Assembly (NCBI RefSeq): GCF_032191835.1
Contig: NC_083241.1
Location: 310,001 to 374,000 of the forward strand
Reading direction: 5' to 3'
Source: Heteronotia binoei
Lineage: Eukaryota
Length of the DNA: 64,000 bases
Below are positions 51,591-61,198 of this stretch, piece after piece. A model generated the notes under the pieces. That model saw nothing but the letters and a program-made list of their open reading frames with translations, had not been told where the DNA came from and ran no database searches. Every line of letters starts with the position of its first letter. Within the stretch, counting starts at the first letter, position 1. Both the position numbers and the translations under genes were made by a program.

Positions 51591-52711
51591 TGTCGAGAGC
51601 CAGGCCAGGGCAGCACCGGCCACACCGTCAGAGCACGGAATGAGTAAGGCAAGTTGTTGGGAAATAGGATTAAATTCAGAGGTGTGGAGTGGCAATAATC
51701 GGAGATGAGGCTTAAGCTTAGCAAAAGAAATAAAGTTTACTAGCAAAACATCAGGGAAAGGTACTTGGGATAAAAGAAATACAACTTCGCTTACCAGCAT
51801 GTCTAAATACTTCTGGTCTCTACATGGCTATGGTTTTATAACTCTTTGTTAGACTAGTTCTTGTTCCCAGAAAGCATTTGGAACAGGCTATTCAGCTTGC
51901 ATACAAGATCAAAGCTTTTCACACCTAACGTGCTGCCTGACCAATGCAATGTTCACGTTTCCCAGGCTTAGAGGAGTCAGTCCCTAATTGGGTTTTAGCT
52001 ACAATACATCATTTCCTCTTTCAGGTAAACAAAGCTAACTCTATAATGTCTGAAATTTGCATAACTTGTATTCCAACACAAGAGCACCAACCCAAGCAGT
52101 GTAGCCAAGGTCCCACCCAAGGTCAGTCTGCCCAAGGGTCAGTCTCTACAGCAACTCTTGGCAGTCCAAGAGTTATCCTCAGGCAGGTTCAAGGGCCAGA
52201 TGAATGCAAAGTCAGGGAATGGTCCAAAGAACTACAGGAACAAGGCAGGACCCAATGCAGTGGTCACGGTGTCAGAGGGATTTCAACTTGGTTCATCCCT
52301 TGGCTGGTTTTTATAGCTATATGCTAGAGGGTCATGCTGTTTAGGAATAATCCTGCAACTACTCATCTTTGCTATCAACAAGCAGCTGGCATTGGGCCAA
52401 GAAGTGTACACTCTGTCCTCTCTCCTGTAGCTGTATTCGTAGCTTCCATTCTGCAGCACTCAAAGGTGTGGGTGATACTGGAGGGCTGGGAACAATTGAC
52501 TTTCACCTGCTGAATCGGGGCTGAAGGGTGTTGGTGACTCTGCTCTCTGCTGCAGCTGTTGGCTGTAAACCCGGACAAGCCTGCAGCTCATTTTCCTGCT
52601 TGCCAGCTTTTGTGGATTCAGAGCTGGCTGCACAGCAATCCTCTTCTCCTCAGGAGTCCTCACTGTCACTGAGCTCTGGCTGACCCACAACAATTGGATG
52701 TGCAGGTGACA
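51591..52711. mobile_element. Older LTR-like element (TGTC...TGACA) hosting the solo LTR
   Basis: TG..CA ends and Gypsy-LTR-like composition; no clean TSD. Confidence 0.4.
51655..52078 (-). mobile_element. Solo LTR (424 bp)
   Basis: TGTTGG...CCAACA ends; TSD caagt/caaga; TATAAAA on the minus strand at ~51834-51840 and AGTAAA/T-rich segment toward the left end. Confidence 0.75.
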
Positions 52712-52832
52712 AAAGCAAGGGGCCATCCATACTGGGAGCACTCTCTCACTGGTAACCCTGAAATCACAGCACAACATCACCCCCCTGAGGAGCCCAGTGA
52801 TGCACACAAGAGATGACCAGTCCCATCCCACA

Positions 52833-55800
52833 GGAGGGAAGAGACAGGAGGCCTAAACAGATAAGCCTCAGTGCCACTTGGCTGCTTCCTCTGAGGTTAA
52901 GATGGGCAAATCTTGCTTCATGGTGGAAGGAGAGCCTTGCGCTCTATGGGGATGCTGCCCCTCCTCCCAGATGGAGGCACTTTGCCTACGCCCCTGGGGA
53001 TGATCTCCCAAGAAGGGAGGGCGAGGATGGGTCCTGGAGGGGGTCTGGTCACCTATCTGTTGGTCCAGCTCTCTAGCCCCTCTCCAACACAGGTGAAGCT
53101 TCCCAGGTCATGATGATCTCCACCTCCTGCAGCTCCCCTTCCTTCCTCCGGAGGGATTAGGAAGCCCAGGGTCCATCCCCCCACCTCAGTCCTGGGCCCT
53201 ACAGCACCACCCCATTCTTTGCAAGGATCTGCCCTGCCAGCACCCAGCAGCCGACACTCCGATCTGCCCATCCCTCTGAGGTGGCGGCAGGGGCTTTCTT
53301 CAGCAACAGGCCACAGAGGGAGTCAGTCTCTGTCCCTAGGAGGGAGTTCCCGCCAGCTCTTCCCATGCCCTCCTAGGGGGCTCCCCTGCTCGCCTTTGTC
53401 AAAGACAGCTGGGCACTGCTCTGGGCTGAACGTGGCGGGTGAGGCTCCTGTATGTGGGAGACAGGTCCTCAGTCAGGGCTTCAGCCTCTGCTACCTTCCA
53501 AGGCAAGGGGGGAAGCGGTCCTGAGAGCAGAGCGACTGGGAGCCAGCCTGCCCTGAAAAGTGGGGGTGAGGAAAAGAGCTGGCCCCCCAAAAGAGAAAGG
53601 TCCCCAAATCTGATCTCCAGGCCAGAAGAACGTCTGCTCCTGCAGCCACCATCATCTCCAGCGTTGGGCCCCATGCTCTGCTTCCCTGATGCAGCCTGGA
53701 GCAGGGTAGGGCAGGCAAAGTCAGGGCCGGGGGCTGCCCGTGGGCACAGAATTCTTTGCCTCCCCGCCCACTGCTTTGGACCATGCAGCATGGGGGGCTT
53801 CAAGCCCAGGCAGATTTTGACTCTCATAGTCACTTCCCCTCGACTAGCCCCCTCATTTCTGCAAGATCCCTCCCAATATTTGGCCGCCTGCAGTGGACAG
53901 TCCTCAGCCAGACATGCCCCCGGGGTGGGGGAGATGCATCCTGCCCCAAGATCTAAATGACCCAGAGGAGGACTGACCAGACCCCCAGGCTGCTCACACG
54001 GTCCAGCTGCCCTCTGCTCCCCCCTGCCCCTCTCAGGCCCCTCAGTCCACAGACAAAATCCCTGCTTAAAACCCCGCCTCTTGGCCACTTCCTTCTTACC
54101 AGAAAAGCAGATGCGAAGAACCCGACTTGCAGGCCCCTGGGGGGGGGGGCCAAACATCCCCCCCAAGCGGCTCATCTCTGACCCCCAGTCTAACCAGTGC
54201 AATGCGATCGCTGAGCACAAGGTCCCCCGAAAATCTGCAGCAGCACCCCTCCCAGCCCTCCAGCTCCGCCCTCTCTGAGGAGGCCCCTCCCCCCAGTCCT
54301 GTGGGGCCTGCCTGTGACTGGCTTGGCCTGCTGCTGCTGACTACCAAGGGCTGCGGATGATTCAGTGTCAGCAGAGAGGCCAGCAGTCTCCCCACCCCCA
54401 CGGGGGGAATCCCAGCCCCCCCCACATCCTCTTTCCAGCCCAGCCCCCCCTGCTTTGTGGCTCTCCCCCCCTCCCGTTAGTCAGTTTGCAGTCAGCAGCA
54501 AGCCTGAGATCTGGACTCCGAAAAGGCCCGCCTGGCTCAGCCGGCGACCTTGGGCCACTCTCTGAGAGGCATGCTGGCAATAAACTAGGGTTGCCAACCT
54601 ACAGGTGGGACCTGGAGATCTCCTGGAACAACACCTGGTCTCCAGCTCCCTGCAGAGGTGGCAGCTTCGGAGGATCAGCTCCACGCATTCTGACTCTGGT
54701 TGAAACCCCTGCCCAGGTTCCACACCCCCAAATCTCTGGGGAGCTCCACCCCGGGGGCAGTGGCAATCCCAGCTCCTTTACAGAGCCTTCAGCAGATGCC
54801 GACTTGGGACGGGGCACTGCAGCAGCCTGGGGGGTTCCTTTTTGGGGTGGGGTTGCTGCTTCTCCTGCAAGCAGCTCAGAGCTGCATAGGTGTCTGTTCC
54901 CTCACAACGACCTCGTGAGGTAGGTCAGGCTGAGGAAAAGTGGTCAAGGTCTGGAGGGAGGCTGTGAACTCTGTTCGAAGGATGGGAAAGCACCGGCTCT
55001 GAGGTTCCACTGGGCAGCCCTGAGGGGGAGGGGAGATGGGACCCTCCAGAGCACCACTTGCTGGCCACCCCTGGGTGCCCAACTGGCCCTCTGCTTCCGT
55101 GGAAAGGAATCTGGCTTCTGTCTGGTCAGGCTCTCTGCTACTGGCAGGGGAGAAGCCAGGAGGGCACTGTCTCTCTCCAGCACGATCAACAGCTGCCATC
55201 TGGCGACTCTGCTGGGGTGCAGCCAACTCCCTCCTTCCCACCTTGCTCCCCCCCCTTGGTGAAGAGGCCTGCAGGCTCCCTCCTGGGACTCTTCTGCCTG
55301 CGGAGGGGGAGGGGGCACTTGTGGGGTCTCACCAAGGCCCGGAGCCAGAGAGGGGGCAACCAGGACAGGCTCACTGGACAGGTCACTTCCAGCACTCTCT
55401 CCTGGCACTGGCCAGAGTCATGCAGCCAGATTTCTGCTTCCAGGCAGAGCCCGTCTCCACCCCCTGCTCAGACCTCTCCTCCTCAGCTCTCTTCCACAGG
55501 CAGCCCATCCTCCGTGGAGGAACGGGGGGAGGGGGCGTTGTTCAGTAGCAGCTGCAGGTGGATGCAGAGAGGAAGCTGCTGGGAAAACTGGGGTGGGTGG
55601 GAGGAACAGCCCCCCGCCCCCGGTGCTGTGGCAGCCCAGGGGATGGTTGTGTGGTGCAGCTGCCCGGCAGGGGGGGTCTCTCCTTCACAGGCCAAGCACC
55701 CTCCGACCTCTGTCTGGGCACCTTCAGGAGTGGCACCAGCCGGGGCCTCCCAGCTGCTGCTCCCTCCTGGCTCTGGGTGGCAGGGCTGCCCGCTCCCCTC

Positions 55801-55950
55801 CAGCTTCCTGCTGGGTCTTGTCCTGGGCCTTGCCTGCTTGGAAGCGGAGTCATGCCCCAGGGGGGAAGGCCTTCTGGGAAGGGGCTGCGGTGTGTCCCTG
55901 GGCCTGCCCTCCCCAGGCCAGCCAGATGTGAGCGCTTGGCTCAAGGACAA
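52833..55950 (+). pseudogene. STRC: Decayed stereocilin-like sequence (STRC relic)
   Basis: Collinear matches to remembered human STRC: ANLAS~ANISS (52906), LYGD/MLPLL~LLGDMLALL, GGLVTYLLVQL~GGLVEVLLGAL, AAPLPS~AADWLPS, APPHSLQG~AAPHFLQG, TAGHCSG~TNGQCQG then GTGAGG donor (53439); further on PLLW..QIL, PENLQQ, WPSA, AAN, PAQ, LLGKL. Stops and frameshifts throughout. Syntenic position, but orientation is opposite to mammalian STRC. Confidence 0.6.
54586..54772. mobile_element. Short interspersed element (tagggttgccaacc...ggcaatccc), MITE-like; degenerate copy at ~2150-2280
   Basis: Terminal motifs and shared internal ggagatctcc...tctccag. Confidence 0.55.
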
Positions 55951-55957
55951 CTGCTAA

Positions 55958-56107
55958 GTGTTGGGAGCAAAAATCCTACTTTGTGAGCTGCTGGCATTAA
56001 AGCTGTGAGCTGCTCTGGGTCTTCCTTCCTGAGCTAAGACAAAAATGTGTGAGCTGGAGGCTAAAAATCTGTGAGCTAGCTCACGTGAACTCATCTTAGA
56101 GGGAACC
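55958..56107. mobile_element. Truncated copy of the hAT MITE at 17254-17446
   Basis: ctactttgtgagct...gagctagctcac...ttagagggaac. Confidence 0.75.
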
Positions 56108-56407
56108 CTGCCTGTGTTGTGTGTGAAGTGCCCTGAAGTCTCTTCCGCCACCGTGGCTTCCTGCATGGAGTCAACTCAGGCCGCCCCCCCCCTCCCCGCC
56201 TTGCCTTGCCTGGCCGTCTTCTTCCAGGCAGCCTCTTGTGTCTTCTCAGCCACCAAAGGGGGGGGAGAGAGAAGAGCCTCCCTTGGGTCATTGCAGCTTC
56301 TAAGAAGAGTCCAGGCTTCAGCTACATCAGACTGGCTTTGATCTGAGACTGCTAGGGGCAGTGCTGAATTGGGGCCTGCTCAGTCCCTCATGGCCTTGTG
56401 GCCCAGA

Positions 56408-56702
56408 GTGCTAAAGCAGCAGTACTGCAGTATTGTGGTCTGAACTCTCTGCTCATGACCTGAGTTCGATCTGCAGCGGAAGCTGTTTTTTCAGGTAGCC
56501 GGCTTGAGGTTGATGCAGCCTTCTATCCTTCTGAGCTTGTAAAATGAGTCCCCAGCTTGCTGGGGGGGAAAGGGTAGATGACTGGAGAAGGCAATAGCAA
56601 ACCACCCCCTAAAAAGTCTGCCGTGAAAACGTTGTGAAAGCAACGTCACCCGAGAGTCGGAAACGACTGGTGCTTGCACAGGGGACCTTTCCTTTCCTTT
56701 CC
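56408..56702 (-). mobile_element. Sauria-type SINE
   Basis: Reverse complement of the 17583-17888 family. Confidence 0.85.
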
Positions 56703-57159
56703 TTTCCCAGTCCCGGCACCCATTGTGGCCTAAAGAAGTGCCTGCCCCCCCCCCCCAAAGGGAGAGTCTGGAGCTGCCTGCCCCCTCCCCCTCTCCTCAC
56801 TAGCCGAGCCCTCCTCCGGGCCCCTTCCTCCTTGAGGCAGGCGGCCTGTGCTGACAAGGGGGAGGGCGCTGGCAGCAGAGCCTGGAGAAGAAGAGCCCTC
56901 CCTGGCTGACCCCCGGGCTCCAGGCCGCCCTTGCAGTGGTGGAAAGCCTGCCCCGGGGACAGAAGTCTGGCCTCTCAAGAGGGAGGGGTGGACAGTGCCC
57001 CCCAAGGCTGCCAGGGGAGAAGGGAAGGAGCGGCCTCCCGCCTGGCCCCTACAAGGGCTCTTTAGCCAGGGGAGAGTGGCCTGGCTTGGAAGGCTTTGCG
57101 GAGCTCAGCCCCGGAAGGCAGGCAGGCAGGCAGCCAAGCTAGGCCAGGCCAGGCCGGCC

Positions 57160-57294
57160 ACTCCCTCGCACGTGCCTGAGGCGCCGAGGGGCGGGGCTTC
57201 CGCGCGCGGCCGGGCCAATGGGGGCCGGGGGGGCGGGCGGGCGCGAGGCTTCAAAGGGGCGGCGGCGAGGGGCGCAGGAGGGGGCGGCGGCGGC
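57160..57294 (+). promoter_or_regulatory. ZIP1-like promoter: CACGTG E-box 57169-57174, GC box 57188-57196, CCAAT 57215-57219
   Basis: Motifs read directly within a CpG island. Confidence 0.55.
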
Positions 57295-57403
57295 ATGTGG
57301 TCCTTGCTGGCCGTCAAGCTGAGCTGCCTCGCGGCCCTCGGCCTCCTGCCGCTGCTCTGCGGCCTCCTCCCGGCCGCCCTGCGCCGCCGCAGCCGCCCGC
57401 CCG
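57295..57403 (+). CDS. ZIP1-like exon 1 (MWSLLAVKLSCL...RSRPP)
   Basis: cggcATG, G|GTGCGT donor. Confidence 0.82.
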
Positions 57404-58423
57404 GTGCGTCCCTCCCTCCCTGCGGGGCTGGGGGCGCCCTTCCCTCCTTCCCTCCCTCCCTTGACCGCGCTCTCTCTCTCTCTCTCTCGGCAGGCTGTGC
57501 GGGGCAGGAGGAGGAGGCCCCCGGGGCGTGGCGGGGCGTGGCGAGCTGCGCGGCCGGCGGCGTCTTCCTGGCCACTTGCCTGCTGGACGTCGTGCCCGAG
57601 TCGCTGGCCGACCTGCGCGACGAGCTGCGCCGCCAGAGGCTCGCGGTACCCGGGAGGGGGGGCGGGGGCGGGGCGGGCGAGCCTCCAGCTGCAGGAGCAG
57701 CAGCGGGAGGAGGAGCGCGGCGGGGGGGGGGGAGGAGCCGGGAGCCCCCGGGCGGGTGCGCCAACCCTGCCCGCTTTGTCTCTGTGTCTCTCCGGGCGGC
57801 AGGTGGAGTTCCCGCTGGCGGAGCTGGTGGTGGCGCTGGGCTTCCTGCTGGTGCTGGTGACGGAGCACGTGGTCGTGGAGTGCAGCCAGCCGCCGCCGGG
57901 CCCAGACGAAGCCACCCTCCTGCTGCCGCCGCCGGGCCTGGAGGCCGAGCAGCAGCTGCAGCAGAGGCGCCCCCCGTCGGGCTTCCGCGCGCTGGTGCTG
58001 ACGCTGGCGCTCTCCCTGCACGCCGTCTTCGAGGGCCTCGCCGTGGGCCTGCAGGACTCCCCCAGCAGAGTGCTCCACCTGGCCGCGGCCATCGTGCTGC
58101 ACAAGAGCGTGGTGGCCGCCAGCCTGGGCCTCCTGCTGCTCCAGAGCCGCCTCCCGCTGCGCTGGCTGGCCGCAGCCCTGGCCACCTTTGCCCTCATGTC
58201 CCCCCTGGGGGCGGGCCTGGGCATGGCGGTGACCCACGCCTCCGGCCCCGGCCGCACCGCTGCCCGCAGCATGCTGCAAGGCCTGGCCGCCGGCACCTTC
58301 ATGTACATCACCTTCCTGGAGATCCTGCCCCAGGAGCTGAGCTCTCCCGCCAGCCGCCTGCCCAAAGTTCTGGCCCTGCTCCTGGGCTTTGCTGCCATGG
58401 CTGGCCTGCGCCTCCTGGCCTGA
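57295..58423 (+). CDS. ZIP (SLC39A) subfamily II zinc transporter, ZIP1-like; exons 57295-57403, 57494-57645, 57803-58423; 293 aa
   Basis: Spliced product has 8 hydrophobic segments, GGVFLATCLLD (TM2), TM4 LHAVFEGLAVG, TM5 LHKSV, and AAGTFMYITFLEILPQEL. Intron phases 1 and 0 match the SLC39A1 layout. Exact orthology (A1/A2/A3 or a separate paralogue) cannot be settled by eye. Confidence 0.9.
57494..57645 (+). CDS. ZIP1-like exon 2 (GCAGQEEE...GGVFLATCLLD...RQRLA)
   Basis: AG/GT, 152 nt. Confidence 0.85.
57803..58423 (+). CDS. ZIP1-like exon 3 (VEFPLAEL...LRLLA*)
   Basis: AG acceptor, 621 nt, ZIP signature. Confidence 0.92.
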   Translation: MEFPLAELVVALGFLLVLVTEHVVVECSQPPPGPDEATLLLPPPGLEAEQQLQQRRPPSGFRALVLTLALSLHAVFEGLAVGLQDSPSRVLHLAAAIVLHKSVVAASLGLLLLQSRLPLRWLAAALATFALMSPLGAGLGMAVTHASGPGRTAARSMLQGLAAGTFMYITFLEILPQELSSPASRLPKVLALLLGFAAMAGLRLLA

Positions 58424-58648
58424 GGGGGCGGGACCTCGCCTGGCAACAAGACAGCCGTTTCCCGCCTGTGGCCCCCTCCACCCTTGCTGCAAATCTGAGG
58501 GGGGGGGGCGGGAACCAGAGAACCACTCTCCTCAGGGCAGCCTTTACAGGCAGGCTAAGTGGGATTCAGGACAGATCAGCCACTTTTTAAATGCTCTTAC
58601 TACTATAAGGGGAGGGCCTGTCACTGTGTTGGGCCCTTAGATGTTTTT

Positions 58649-58654
58649 ATTAAA
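58649..58654 (+). terminator. ATTAAA polyadenylation signal for the ZIP1-like gene
   Basis: 225 nt after the stop, followed by T/GT-rich sequence. Confidence 0.5.
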
Positions 58655-59215
58655 GCTATCTTGCTGCTTTGTAAGAGATTATAGAAGTTGGAGTCTCATT
58701 TGTCTGTCCTGCTTGTCTGTCAGGGTGGTTCTGTACCGGGTGGGCCCACACGTGGGTCCTTCTCACACACTGTATGGCTCCCAAAGCCCCCACCCACTGC
58801 CCCATTGACCAGCTTGCAGAAGGCATTTCTCTCTTTAAATCACTGCTCCAAGCCAAGTGGCTTTCTTCCCACCTCTCCCCCATTTATTTGCTTTCCTTCC
58901 TTCCCTCCATCCATCCTTGCACCTCTCAAACATCTTGACGTTTATTGTGTGGCTCTTAAATTAAGCAGGTTTGGCCACCCCTGTTCTGTACTTTCATCAG
59001 AGGGCCAGGGCATATAGAGTTGGGCTGCTCCTTCTTCCTTCCCCTGCAGAAAACGAACCAACCTCCCGGTGGGGAGTTCTTGCACTCCAGGGCATGCAGC
59101 GAGGAAGGAGTGTGAGAACCCGGCACCAGGTGGAGCTGCAGTGCCCCCTGCTGGAAAGGAGTGGGCTTAACCAGAGGCGCTCCAATGCAGCCATGGTGGG
59201 GGGGGGGGTGTCATA

Positions 59216-60430
59216 TTTTGTTTGCAAGACCGCCAGGCTGTTCAGAAAGAGGAGTCCTCTGGCCCAAGACTCTTCTAGGAAACACTGAAACACCGGTGGT
59301 GCTAGAGAGTGCTCTGTTCCTGGCTCCTCTTCTTCCAGTGCCTCTGACTGAGGGGGACCTTTTTGTTATTTCATGGTGCTTACAACAGTCGCCTCACAAC
59401 TGTGAACAGGCTGCATTTGGATGCCTGATAAAATTGGAAGTAGAGATGCTTGGGGGAGAATGATTCTTTCAGAACATAAAAAGTGGGGGGTTGGGGGAGC
59501 ACTGAGTTATGGAACTATTTATGACACTTTGTAGTGTTCCCCCAACCCCCCACTTTTTATGTGTACGCATGTGTGTACTGGCTTTTGTTGAGCAGGAACA
59601 CAGTTCTGGCTGGCTTGGTCTCAGGAGGTGTGGCCTAATATGCAAATGAGTTCCTGTTGGCCTTTTTCTACAAAACAGCCATATATATAGTATTTTCAGC
59701 TGTCTCACTTTGATCTAGACTAGTATGTTGAAGTGAAGGAGGGTTTCCCCCAATGTGTGGTAAAAAGGTAAAGATAGTCCCCTGTGCAAGCACCAGTCAT
59801 TTCTGACTTGGGGTGACGTTGCATCATGTTTCCACGGCAGACTTTTTTATGGGGTGGTTTGCCATTGCCTTCCCCAGTCATCTACACTTTCCCCCCCAGC
59901 AAGCTGGGTACTCATTTTACCGACCTCGGAAGGATGGAAGGCTGAGTGAACCTGGAGCCAGCTACCTGAACCCAGCTTCTGTTGGGATCGAACTCAGGTC
60001 ATGAGCAGAGGGCTCCGACTGCAGAGCTTTACCGCTCTGTGCCATGGAGCTGGCGGGCAAATTGGCCCCTGCTGAGCCCCTTCTGTGGCATCCCTGGAGT
60101 GTTTTTGGAAAGTGAGTGGAGTGAAGAGGTGGGTCTTTTGTCCAGGAAGGCTTCTGAGTGGCCTCTGGAGATGTAATTGACTGTGTGGGCATAAGGATCC
60201 TTCTTGTGTGACGGAAGGTGAGCTTTGGCAGCCATTTCAGTGGCTGACCTCACCTCCCACGGCAACCATTGAGTGGCTGTGCTCTGCTGGAATTCCAAGG
60301 GGCCCACTGCCGAAGAGGTTGGACCTACTATGAATTCACTGGTTTTCCATATTCCAAACCCCTGCAGGCAGCAAAAGCTGAGACAGGTGTGCTAAAGCAG
60401 CATAGCTTCGTCTTTGGGCCTGAGGGGGAA
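59216..60430 (-). pseudogene. Possible decayed CATSPER2 5' exons
   Basis: Three exon-sized traces in the expected order and strand: 60329-60430 PKDEAM..HT.....LQGF + GTAGGT donor; ~59325-59395 RRLL..PLS...W; 59216-59284 acceptor + CFLEESWARGLLFLNSLAVL, gapless against CPLFKNFIIFLVFLNTIILM. In-frame stops. Weak similarity. Confidence 0.38.
59762..60050 (+). mobile_element. Sauria-type SINE
   Basis: Same family as 17583-17888. Confidence 0.85.
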
Positions 60431-60692
60431 GACGTGCTAGTCCTTGTCCTTCTCACAGATCCTCCCGCTCCCACGTGCAAAGGGTGCCTCGTCTCTTGCT
60501 CTGGGGAGGGGGTTGAGGCAGGGCAAGAGCCTGGGCCCAGGCAGCAGGGAGCGACGGGAGAGAGGCGCCAGGTGGGCCTTCTCCCCTCCCAGGGGCTGCT
60601 TCGTGCGGGCCCCTCTCCCGGAGGAGGGTGGTGGGGGCTGGAGCCGGCGGGGCTGGGGAGGGCTCCTCCTTCCGAGCTGTGCTGGGGGGAGG

Positions 60693-60879
60693 TGACGTGA
60701 TGAGTGACGCTCCCCTCAGCCAGTCCCGCTTCTCAGCGCGGCGACGTAGCCCATGCGGGTCCCGCCCCCCACTCCGGGCAAGCCGCGCGGTCCCATCGCC
60801 ATGGCGACGCAGAGGAGGGGCGGCGCCCCGTCCCCATTGGTCCCCGTGGCTGTGCGCGGGCCAATGAGCGCCTGCCACA
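60693..60879 (+). promoter_or_regulatory. PDIA3 promoter with UPRE (TGACGTGA 60693-60700) and ERSE (CCAAT-N9-CCACA 60861-60879)
   Basis: Exact ERSE spacing read from the sequence; CpG island; ETS-like ACTTCCG near 60914. Confidence 0.7.
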
Positions 60880-61051
60880 CTGCAATGGGGGGGGCTGCGT
60901 CGCGGGGGGCGGGACTTCCGTCTCCTCTTTAGCTTCCCGCTGAGGGGCGCGGGAGGGAAAGCGAAAGCCGGAGCCGCCGCCAGCAGCAGCACCTTGGCCG
61001 CCTCAGCCCGCCCGCCGCCGCCTCCTCCGCCCCGCCTCGCCTCGCCCCGCC

Positions 61052-61198
61052 ATGGAGCGGCTGCTGCTGGCGCTGCTGCTGGGCCCTGCTGGCGCCCCGG
61101 CCCGGGCGCGCCTCCGACGTCCTGGAGCTCAGCGACGACGACTTCGACACCGGCCTGGCCGACCGCAGCCTCGCCCTCGTCGAGTTCTACGCGCCCTG
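61052..61198 (+). CDS. PDIA3: Protein disulfide-isomerase A3 (ERp57) exon 1; one extra G at 61081-61083 breaks the frame as assembled
   Basis: gccgccATGG, signal peptide MERLLLALLL..., then in the shifted frame ASDVLELSDDDFDTGLADRSLALVEFYAPW ending TG|GTGGGT (phase 2, just before the CGHC). Exon 2 is not in the window. Confidence 0.9.

Noticed and set aside
56848-58590. 580-aa, 436-aa and 392-aa ORFs over the ZIP gene
   Set aside because: Read-through of introns or alternate frames of the spliced three-exon ZIP; only the spliced frame is coherent.
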